34,378 nucleotides of DNA, from the IMG/VR virus record IMGVR_UViG_3300020460_000009, positions 1-34,378 of that record, one strand, 5' to 3'. The notes below the pieces were generated by a model. The model saw nothing but the letters and a program-made list of their open reading frames with translations. It made no database searches and was not told where the DNA came from. This document shows, piece by piece, positions 27,421 to 34,378 of the stretch (position 1 is the stretch's first letter; every line of letters starts with the position of its first letter). The DNA comes from a virus. Lineage: Duplodnaviria > Caudoviricetes. Made by a program: the position numbers and the translations under genes.

Positions 27421-28280
27421 CAATAGCATCAGCACAAAATACAGGTAGACAAGTTTTTACAGCTACAGGTGGACAAACTGCGTTTACTATTACATTTGAA
27501 TTTTTTGGTATAGCAGACCTTAAAGTTTATAAAAATGGCACATTAGCTACATACAATGCTAATCCTACTACAACTACTACGTATAAGGTAACAGCTAGTA
27601 ATTCTTCTAGCGATAGTGCATATGAGTTTGGTACAGGTGCAGTTATTACATTTGGTTCTGGACTTACAGCTAATGATAAAGTTGTAGTTGTTAGACGTAT
27701 TACTATAGAAAGAACAACAGATTTTCCTGTCAATGGCACATTTGATATTACTGCTTTAAATACAGAATTAGATAAAGCTGTTGCTATATTTAGTGACAAT
27801 AAAGATCAAATTACAAGAAGTATAAGATTAACAGATGGTGATGACACAACACCTACATTATCAGTACCGGCAACTAGAGCCAATAAAATATTATCTTTTG
27901 ATGGTTCTGGTAATGTTTCTGTAAGTTCACAACCTATTGCAGGTGGTGTAACAGTAAGCACATTATCACCCGGAGCATCAGCTACAGCATCTTATAATAC
28001 ATCTACAGGTGTATTAGCATTAGGCATACCACAAGGTGCAACAGGTGCAACCGGTGCGGCAGGAGCAGATGGATCAGATGGAGCAGATGGTGCAGATGGC
28101 ACGGGTACTATGAATAATTTTAGTATTACAGATGGATCTACATCACAAACAATATCAAATGGAAATACATTAACATTTACTGCAGGAACAAATATGCAAG
28201 TAGCTGTAAGTGCAACGGATACAGTAACAATTACTAACACAGCACCCGACCCTGTTGCATTAGCTATTGCTTTAGGTTAA
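27417..28280 (+). CDS. Tail fibre protein with T7 gp17-like N-terminal anchor and short collagen-like repeat
   Basis: FTATGGQTAFTITFEF...VVVVRR...ALNTELDK; GATGATGAAGADGSDGADG; ends ALAIALG. Confidence 0.85.
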   Translation: MTIASAQNTGRQVFTATGGQTAFTITFEFFGIADLKVYKNGTLATYNANPTTTTTYKVTASNSSSDSAYEFGTGAVITFGSGLTANDKVVVVRRITIERTTDFPVNGTFDITALNTELDKAVAIFSDNKDQITRSIRLTDGDDTTPTLSVPATRANKILSFDGSGNVSVSSQPIAGGVTVSTLSPGASATASYNTSTGVLALGIPQGATGATGAAGADGSDGADGADGTGTMNNFSITDGSTSQTISNGNTLTFTAGTNMQVAVSATDTVTITNTAPDPVALAIALG

Positions 28281-28293
28281 TATAGGAAACATT

Positions 28294-28638
28294 ATGGCTA
28301 ATACATTTAAAGTAAAAACAAAAGCAAGTGTAAATCATAGTGCGTTAGATACAATCTATACTGTGCCTTCAAGCACAAGTACAGTTGTGTTAGGTATGGC
28401 CTTGTGTAATAAAACAACGAGTGCAATAACTGCAGACGTACAATTAGTAAGTGATACTTCTGATACAGAAACTAATGCTAACATCTTTTTGTTAAAAGCA
28501 GTAGATATACCGGCTAACACTACACTTGAAGTGTTTGGAGGACAAAAAGTTGTCGTGCAAACAACTGATGTTGTTAAAGCACAAGCAAGTGCATCAGCTT
28601 CATTGGATGTAGCATTGTCAATTATGGAGATAACCTAA
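28294..28638 (+). CDS. Tail-associated structural protein
   Basis: MANTFK...IYTVP...LSIMEIT, a type that commonly follows AIALG-ending fibres. Confidence 0.75.
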   Translation: MANTFKVKTKASVNHSALDTIYTVPSSTSTVVLGMALCNKTTSAITADVQLVSDTSDTETNANIFLLKAVDIPANTTLEVFGGQKVVVQTTDVVKAQASASASLDVALSIMEIT

Positions 28639-29495
28639 TGGCTTATCTTGGTTCTACTCCTACTACATCTTCACAATCGCTTGTTAAACAAGATTTTTCT
28701 GTTAGTGCAACTCAAAACTATACATTGTCGCATTCCGTAAGTAGTGCTAATGATATAGCGTTATATATAAACAATGTAAGACAAGAACCTACCTATGCGT
28801 ATTCTGCCTCTGGTACAAGTTTAACACTAACTGCCGCAACAGCAGGTACAGATGATATGTATTGTATATATTTAGGTAGAGCCGTAGGTACAATTAATCC
28901 TGCAAGTGGTAGTGTTGGTTTATCACAGTTATCAGCATCAGGTACAAAAAGTAGTAGTACATTTTTAAGAGGTGATAACACTTTTGCAGAAGCTGGTGGA
29001 GGTAAAGTATTACAAGTTGTACAAAATTGGGATGATCAATATGCAACATATTCTAATACAAGTATAGATGCACAAGCCACAGTATTGAGTCAAGCTATAA
29101 CACCAAGTGCAACATCTAGTAAAATTTTAATTCAAGTTAATTTATGTGTAAGTTGCACAACTGATGGTAATAAACATTTTGGATTAGTAATGTATAGAGG
29201 TTCAACTGAAATTGGAAGTGGTGATAAGGCAAGTTGGAATTCCGGTGTTGGAGAAACGCATAGTGCTACTGAGCAAGTAAATTACTCACAACCGGATAAA
29301 ATACTTACGGGAATATATTTGGATTCTCCAAATACTACATCAGCAACTACTTATAATATGAAAAGTTATATTTACGACTTTGGTAGTTCTATTAGTGCAA
29401 AAACTTTGGTAGTAAATGGAGGTGGTTATGCTTACAATAATAAGGAAACTGTTGTTACATCATCAAGTATAACTTTAATGGAAATAGGTGCATAA
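28638..29495 (+). CDS. Tail fibre/receptor-binding module
   Basis: MAYLGSTP...; TFLRGDNTF; GKVLQVVQ...ITPSATSSKILI...SSITLMEI. Confidence 0.75.
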   Translation: MAYLGSTPTTSSQSLVKQDFSVSATQNYTLSHSVSSANDIALYINNVRQEPTYAYSASGTSLTLTAATAGTDDMYCIYLGRAVGTINPASGSVGLSQLSASGTKSSSTFLRGDNTFAEAGGGKVLQVVQNWDDQYATYSNTSIDAQATVLSQAITPSATSSKILIQVNLCVSCTTDGNKHFGLVMYRGSTEIGSGDKASWNSGVGETHSATEQVNYSQPDKILTGIYLDSPNTTSATTYNMKSYIYDFGSSISAKTLVVNGGGYAYNNKETVVTSSSITLMEIGA

Positions 29496-29791
29496 TGGCA
29501 ATAATAGCAGATGCAATATTAGCTTTAGATGCAAAAGCAAAGGTAAAAGTTGTAGGTGAAGATTATGATAAAATCACTTGGTTTGATGACAATCCAAATA
29601 AAATTACTGTTGATCAAATCAAAAAAAAGAAGGCAGAATTAGATAAGGTAGATAAAGCTAATGAATATAAGATGCAAAGAAAAAAAGAATACCCAAGAAT
29701 AGAAGATCAACTAGATACTATTTATCATAAAGGTATAGATGAATGGAAAAAAACAATTAAAGCAGTTAAGGATAAATACCCAAAGGAGTAG
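29495..29791 (+). CDS. Putative tail-fibre chaperone
   Basis: RKKEYPRIEDQLD...IKAVKDKYPK. Confidence 0.65.
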   Translation: MAIIADAILALDAKAKVKVVGEDYDKITWFDDNPNKITVDQIKKKKAELDKVDKANEYKMQRKKEYPRIEDQLDTIYHKGIDEWKKTIKAVKDKYPKE

Positions 29792-29804
29792 AAAGAAGGT
29801 AAAT

Positions 29805-30122
29805 ATGGCAAGTTTAGATAAAAAAATAGAAGCATATATGGGAAGAACTGTAGATTTTATGACAGAAGTAACTTTGCAAGATGATGGTAAAGGTGCATAT
29901 ATTGCTGAATGGAATATAAAAGATAAAGCTAAACCCACAGATGACCAACTTAAAGCTAAAGAATCTGATGCAGATAAACTAGAAAAAAATGCAACAGTAA
30001 TAGATAAGAGAAAAGCAGAGTATGGAACTGTTGAACAACAGCTTGAATATATAACAGAAAATGGATTAACCAAGTGGCAAGAAAATGTTACTGCAATAAA
30101 AAAGAAATACCCAAAGGAATAA
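29805..30122 (+). CDS. XkdW-like putative fibre chaperone (start revised to 29805)
   Basis: LQDDGKGAYIAEWN...KPTDDQL; ends IKKKYPKE. Confidence 0.65.
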   Translation: MASLDKKIEAYMGRTVDFMTEVTLQDDGKGAYIAEWNIKDKAKPTDDQLKAKESDADKLEKNATVIDKRKAEYGTVEQQLEYITENGLTKWQENVTAIKKKYPKE

Positions 30123-30125
30123 AAT

Positions 30126-30791
30126 ATGCCATTAAGTAAAATACAAGCTGATTCAATGAACCTAGCCGATACTTATGCTTTTACAGGTACAGTAAGTGGT
30201 GCAGGAGGACTAATTAAATTAGCATCAACAACAATAGCAAGTGGCTCAGAAGCAACAGAGGGATTTGTTTTTGCAAGTGTTTTTACTTCTACTTATACAA
30301 ATTACAAGATATATTACAACATAAGAGAAAAAGCTAGTACAGCTAATGCAAATAATGGTGCATTACTATTTAGATTTGGAAGTAGTGGTAGTGTAGGTAC
30401 AACGGGGTCTACAACTATTAAACATACAATACAGTATACTAGAGGAGACAACACAACAAACGGAGTTGTTTATGGAGATGGTTATGACATAGGAACACTT
30501 TGTCAAAATTTTTCAGCAAATGAAGATGTTTACGCAAGTGGTTTTTGTGATGTGCTTAACCCACAAGTAAGCACAGACCCAATGTGTGTTATATCTAATA
30601 CACTAATGCACGGAAGTTCAAGTGTAGATTATTGGGAAAATGGTATGAATATAGCTACTGCAAATACATCTTATGATACTATTTCCTTTATGTTAGGTGT
30701 AGGTGGTGGTGGTGGTGGTAGTTCACTAAACCATACAACGACAAAATTTGAATCATACGGAACAGTAACTGTTTATGGAGTAATTAAGTAA
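30126..30791 (+). CDS. Tail fibre-like module
   Basis: GGLIKLAST...FTSTYTNYKI...GTVTVYGV. Confidence 0.7.
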   Translation: MPLSKIQADSMNLADTYAFTGTVSGAGGLIKLASTTIASGSEATEGFVFASVFTSTYTNYKIYYNIREKASTANANNGALLFRFGSSGSVGTTGSTTIKHTIQYTRGDNTTNGVVYGDGYDIGTLCQNFSANEDVYASGFCDVLNPQVSTDPMCVISNTLMHGSSSVDYWENGMNIATANTSYDTISFMLGVGGGGGGSSLNHTTTKFESYGTVTVYGVIK

Positions 30792-31768
30792 TGCCTTACA
30801 TTGGACAAGAACCTATTACAGGAAACTTTATTAAGTTAGACACCATATCTGTTGTTAATGGTCAAGCCGCCTACACTATGCAATATAATTCTGCAAACTA
30901 TGTTCCGGCTAGTGCCAATCACCTTATAGTGAGTCTAAATGGTATCGTTCAAAATCCCGGCTCATCATTTTCTGTATCCGGATCAACAATAACTTTTGCA
31001 TCTAATCTTGTTACTGGTGATGTTATAAATTTTATTTTAGTATTAGGTGATGTTCTTAATATAGGTACACCTAGTGATAATACTGTAACCAATGATAAGT
31101 TAGCTACTGCACCTACAATTATATCAAAGGGAGCAGGATCAGATTCGGGAGCAATAAAATTAAACTGTGAACAAAATACTCATGGAGTAACAATTAAAGG
31201 GCCACCGCATAGCGCCGCACAATCATATGTTTTAACCTTGCCAAGCACAGCGCCTGTTGCTAATAAAGTCTTACAAACAGATGGTAGTGGTAATCTTTCT
31301 TTTGCTAGTGCAGGTGGCAATGCACCTGCATTTATGGCAAATAGAAGTGCAAATATAGCAGTTACAAATAACGCAAGAAATAAAGTTCAATGTGATACAG
31401 AAATATTTGATTCTGGTGGACAATATGATAATTCTGGTAATTTTAGATTTACACCCACAACAGCAGGAAAATATTATGTATTTGGTAATGCTTTTCTTAT
31501 TTCTGGAAATTCACAAGTAAATTGGATACTTAATGAAATTTGGAAAAATGGAACAAGTGGCACCAGAATATCAGCATCTAATGACCATAGAAACAATCCG
31601 GGAAATAGTGGTAATCATTATGTAGGTGGTATTTTAGATATGAATGGTTCTAGTGATTATATAGAATTATATACATATCCCGGAGTTACAAGTGGAACGC
31701 CTGTTATAAGTGGTACTAATACTTCACTTGATACATATTTTGGTGCATATTTATTAGCAGGAGTATAA
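30791..31768 (+). CDS. Tail fibre protein with C1q/TNF-like C-terminal domain
   Basis: APAFMA...DTEIFDSGGQYDN...FTPTTAGKYYV...MNGSSDYIELY...TYFGAY. Confidence 0.75.
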   Translation: MPYIGQEPITGNFIKLDTISVVNGQAAYTMQYNSANYVPASANHLIVSLNGIVQNPGSSFSVSGSTITFASNLVTGDVINFILVLGDVLNIGTPSDNTVTNDKLATAPTIISKGAGSDSGAIKLNCEQNTHGVTIKGPPHSAAQSYVLTLPSTAPVANKVLQTDGSGNLSFASAGGNAPAFMANRSANIAVTNNARNKVQCDTEIFDSGGQYDNSGNFRFTPTTAGKYYVFGNAFLISGNSQVNWILNEIWKNGTSGTRISASNDHRNNPGNSGNHYVGGILDMNGSSDYIELYTYPGVTSGTPVISGTNTSLDTYFGAYLLAGV

Positions 31769-31777
31769 AAAAAAAAT

Positions 31778-32350
31778 ATGGCAATAATTAGAGCAAATTC
31801 AAGAACACTAGCTGATGTAAGTACGGGCAGTAATATAATAGAAATGTTATCTAGTCCTTGTAATGGCACACAAGTAACTGTGCCTAGCGGAACATATACA
31901 ATGCCTGATATTACATCAAGACAAAGATTACCAACCAGTTATGAAGATATTACTGGTTCAAGTATTTCTTATACAGCTCCTTCTGGCACTACAAGAGTTG
32001 TATATAAATATATATTTCAAACACAATATGATGGAACTAATTATAATGGTTTACATATAAGGTTTTATTTAGATGGTACGGAAGTAACAGACGGAAGAAC
32101 AACTTTTTATGGTAATTATTTAACAGGAAGATTTGAATATCAATACACAATTAATTGTAATGCAAGTTCAGCAAGTACAGCACATGGAGATATTACTTCT
32201 TGGTCTGGTGCAAAAGTTATGAAACTACAAGGTAGAGAATACGATAGTGGAAACCAATGTAAATTACATGAAGCCGCTCTATGGGATGGAGGTAGTTCAG
32301 CACAACTTGTAGTACCTCATTTAGAAATTATATCATTAAAGGATTCGTAA
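31778..32350 (+). CDS. Tail fibre-like beta-rich protein
   Basis: Located in the fibre cluster; Ser/Thr/Gly-rich. Confidence 0.6.
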   Translation: MAIIRANSRTLADVSTGSNIIEMLSSPCNGTQVTVPSGTYTMPDITSRQRLPTSYEDITGSSISYTAPSGTTRVVYKYIFQTQYDGTNYNGLHIRFYLDGTEVTDGRTTFYGNYLTGRFEYQYTINCNASSASTAHGDITSWSGAKVMKLQGREYDSGNQCKLHEAALWDGGSSAQLVVPHLEIISLKDS

Positions 32351-32352
32351 AA

Positions 32353-32559
32353 ATGGACACACGTACTATAAAAGATGTAGCTAAAGAAATGAGGGCACAC
32401 GAAAGAGAATGTGTCGTGTATAGACAAATGACAGGTCAACGTCTTGATGCTGTTGAATATCGCATAAAAAGACTAGAGGTATTGCTATGGTCATCAAGTG
32501 CATCTATTATTGGATTGTTGATAACTATAATACTTGGTCTTTTATATGGAAGAAGTTAG
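32353..32559 (+). CDS. Small coiled-coil plus TM protein (holin/XhlA-like)
   Basis: AHEREC...RL..IKRLE followed by a hydrophobic C-terminus. Confidence 0.6.
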   Translation: MDTRTIKDVAKEMRAHERECVVYRQMTGQRLDAVEYRIKRLEVLLWSSSASIIGLLITIILGLLYGRS

Positions 32560-32701
32560 ATTAACATACAAAGTTAAAAAGCACCGCAAACAATATGTTG
32601 TGGTTATAGAAGCCAAATCCTTTGACAGTTTAAGTGAAGCTAAAGAATTTATAGAATCTGTAGGCTTTGAAGAATATCACGAATACGAAAGAGTACATTA
32701 A
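32546..32701 (+). CDS. Hypothetical 51-aa protein (not in the ORF track)
   Basis: MEEVRLTYKVKKHRKQYVVVIEAKSFDSLSEAKEFIES...; TAATG coupling to the next gene. Confidence 0.6.
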   Translation: MEEVRLTYKVKKHRKQYVVVIEAKSFDSLSEAKEFIESVGFEEYHEYERVH

Positions 32702-33159
32702 TGATTGATCCGCTCTCAGCATTTGCCGCAGTTAAAACTGCACATTCTGTAATTATGAAAGGTATACAGGTAGGTAAAGACTTGTCTAGTCTAAGTGGGT
32801 ATATATCTAAATGGGCAATAGGTGAAGCTAACATTGAAATACACGCAGAAAAAAAAGGGAGATCCTTGTTTGGTAAGTTTAGTTCGGTAGAACAAACAGC
32901 GATAGAAGCCCATCTTCGTAAAGAAGAACTTGCTCGTATGCGTGATCAGTTGCGTGAAATTTTTTTATTATATGGCTCACCGGGTCAATGGGAACGATTG
33001 CAAGGTGAGATTGCTAGTGCCCGTGCTGAAAAAAAAAGAGAGTTAAAACGATTAGAACAAGAACGAGAGCGTAAGAAAACAATTATAGTTGCATCATTAG
33101 CTATTGCAGGACTCTTGATTTTTATATATTATGAGTTAAAGTTATTAAAGTTGATATGA
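32701..33159 (+). CDS. Hypothetical membrane-anchored protein
   Basis: MIDPLSAFAA...; coiled coil; C-terminal TM. Confidence 0.8.
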   Translation: MIDPLSAFAAVKTAHSVIMKGIQVGKDLSSLSGYISKWAIGEANIEIHAEKKGRSLFGKFSSVEQTAIEAHLRKEELARMRDQLREIFLLYGSPGQWERLQGEIASARAEKKRELKRLEQERERKKTIIVASLAIAGLLIFIYYELKLLKLI

Positions 33160-33557
33160 CGTTTGAAGATTTAGACATAATGGCAAAGACAATGTGGGGT
33201 GAATCTCGCAACCAAGACACAAGTGGTCAGATTGCTGTAGCTAGTGTTATAAAAAACAGAGCCGAGGCTAGACGTTGGTATGGCAACACACCAAAAGAAG
33301 TCTGTTTAAAAGAATGGCAATTTAGTTGTTGGAATGAAGGTGATCCTAATAAAGAAAAGATGGAGAACTTACCAATGGTAGATGAAGTTTATTTAAAAAT
33401 GTTTGCCCTTGCTCATTTGGTATTAGAAGAAAAGATAAAAGATAATACAGAAGGGTCAACGCATTATCACACTACAAACATTATGCCTAAATGGGCACAA
33501 GGCCAAACGCCTGTAGTTACTATTGGCGATCATAAATTTTACAATAATATAATCTAA
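33156..33557 (+). CDS. SleB-like cell wall hydrolase (Hydrolase_2), endolysin candidate
   Basis: MAKTMWGESR...VASVIKNR...WQFSCWN...GSTHYH...IGDHKFY. Confidence 0.92.
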   Translation: MTFEDLDIMAKTMWGESRNQDTSGQIAVASVIKNRAEARRWYGNTPKEVCLKEWQFSCWNEGDPNKEKMENLPMVDEVYLKMFALAHLVLEEKIKDNTEGSTHYHTTNIMPKWAQGQTPVVTIGDHKFYNNII

Positions 33558-33943
33558 TGTTACCTTTACTTGCACCTATAGCTAAATCAATATTTTCTAC
33601 TGTAGATAAAGTTATTACATCTAAAGCAGAAAAAGAAAAAATTAAAGCTGAGTTACAGCATAAAATTATTACAGGCGATCTTAAAGAAATAGAAGCCGCC
33701 GCAACTGTAATACAATTAGAAGCACAAGGTACGTGGTTGCAAAGAAGTTGGCGACCAATAATGATGTTATTGTTTGCCGCACTAATGGTAGCACATTGGT
33801 TTGGATTTACTGCACCTAACATTCCTGAGTCCGTGCAAAATTCATTACTAGATATTATAATGATTGGTGTAGGTGGTTATACTGTTGGGCGTAGTGCAGA
33901 GAAAATTGGACAGCAATGGCAAAACAAAAACAAAAAACCATAA
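33557..33943 (+). CDS. 3TM holin (GTA-holin-like)
   Basis: EAQGTWLQRSWRP...GVGGYTVGRSAEK. Confidence 0.85.
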   Translation: MLPLLAPIAKSIFSTVDKVITSKAEKEKIKAELQHKIITGDLKEIEAAATVIQLEAQGTWLQRSWRPIMMLLFAALMVAHWFGFTAPNIPESVQNSLLDIIMIGVGGYTVGRSAEKIGQQWQNKNKKP

Positions 33944-33963
33944 TAGATTATTTGGAGGCAAAA

Positions 33964-34095
33964 ATGTCAAGCATAGAGAAGGCTAGAAGGGTGTGCAGTA
34001 AGGTTTGGGGTAAGATTATACTTCAGATTTCAGCTTACCCTCTATACTCAGCTATAGCCGTTGTAGGGCTAATTCTACTTTTATTCTACCTATAG
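33964..34095 (+). CDS. 43-aa membrane peptide, possible lysis accessory
   Basis: GGAGG RBS; MSSIEKARRVCSKVWGKIILQISAYPLYSAIAVVGLILLLFYL. Confidence 0.6.
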   Translation: MSSIEKARRVCSKVWGKIILQISAYPLYSAIAVVGLILLLFYL

Positions 34096-34096
34096 A

Positions 34097-34228
34097 TTAA
34101 TCTTTTTTTTGATACTCTTGATAATTGTATCTATATTCTAGGGGTACAACTATAATTTCTCCTTTGTGATCTTTAATGGGTATGCCATTATCGTCAACTA
34201 TTTGCCCTTGTTCATTAATCTTGTTCAT
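34097..34228 (-). CDS. 43-aa hypothetical protein, last gene of the leftward arm
   Basis: MNKINEQGQIVDDNGIPIKDHKGEIIVVPLEYRY...; overlaps the resolvase stop. Confidence 0.55.
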   Translation of the reverse strand: MNKINEQGQIVDDNGIPIKDHKGEIIVVPLEYRYNYQEYQKKD

Positions 34229-34301
34229 TACTCTGTTTTAATATATCTATAAATAAAGGCAAGTCTAAACATACCATTGTTGTGCCGTGGTCTTTGTGTA
34301 G
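34215..34301 (-). CDS. 3' end of the Hjc-like resolvase (joins 1-240)
   Basis: In-frame continuation LHKDHGTTMVCLDLPLFIDILKQSNEQD*. Confidence 0.8.
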   Translation of the reverse strand, partial: LHKDHGTTMVCLDLPLFIDILKQSNEQD

Positions 34302-34378
34302 GCACAGCAAGTCAGCACCAGACTTCCATCTTTCTAGTGTTTTAAATCCTGCTCCGTCTTTTCGTGCTTTTACTTCTA
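34302..34378. repeat. Terminal direct repeat, right copy
   Basis: Identical to 1-77. Confidence 0.95.

Noticed and set aside
8226-33822. Numerous minus-strand ORFs in the late region
   Set aside because: They are antisense shadows of well-supported plus-strand genes.

Overview
An apparently complete, AT-rich, circularly assembled ~34.3 kb tailed-phage genome. Bases 1-77 are repeated exactly at 34302-34378, and a resolvase gene reads through the join. It has podovirus architecture resembling HTVC010P/BPP-1-type marine phages; a low-GC marine alphaproteobacterial host is inferred, not shown. The minus-strand arm (about 34097 across the junction to 7283) encodes an Hjc-like resolvase, a LexA-like HTH, SSB, a putative annealase, a YqaJ exonuclease, a replication initiator/loader pair and DUF932. 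The plus-strand arm (8191-34095) encodes TerS, a cluster of very basic proteins, TerL, portal, scaffold, capsid, tail tubes, ejection proteins, tail fibres and lysis genes. I recognised no DNA/RNA polymerase, helicase or integrase. The standout feature lies at the strand switch. A ~630-nt non-coding stretch (7491-8124) is a degenerate inverted copy of a whole transcription unit (6696-7411: promoter flank, RBS, 177-aa orphan gene, terminator). Its transition differences are almost all A->G or C->T, which are G.T/G.U wobbles only if the + strand folds. This predicts a ~1.4 kb strand-specific fold-back with a branched tip, flanked by further + strand-specific mini-hairpins. All alignments were done by eye and all product names come from motif and synteny recognition.
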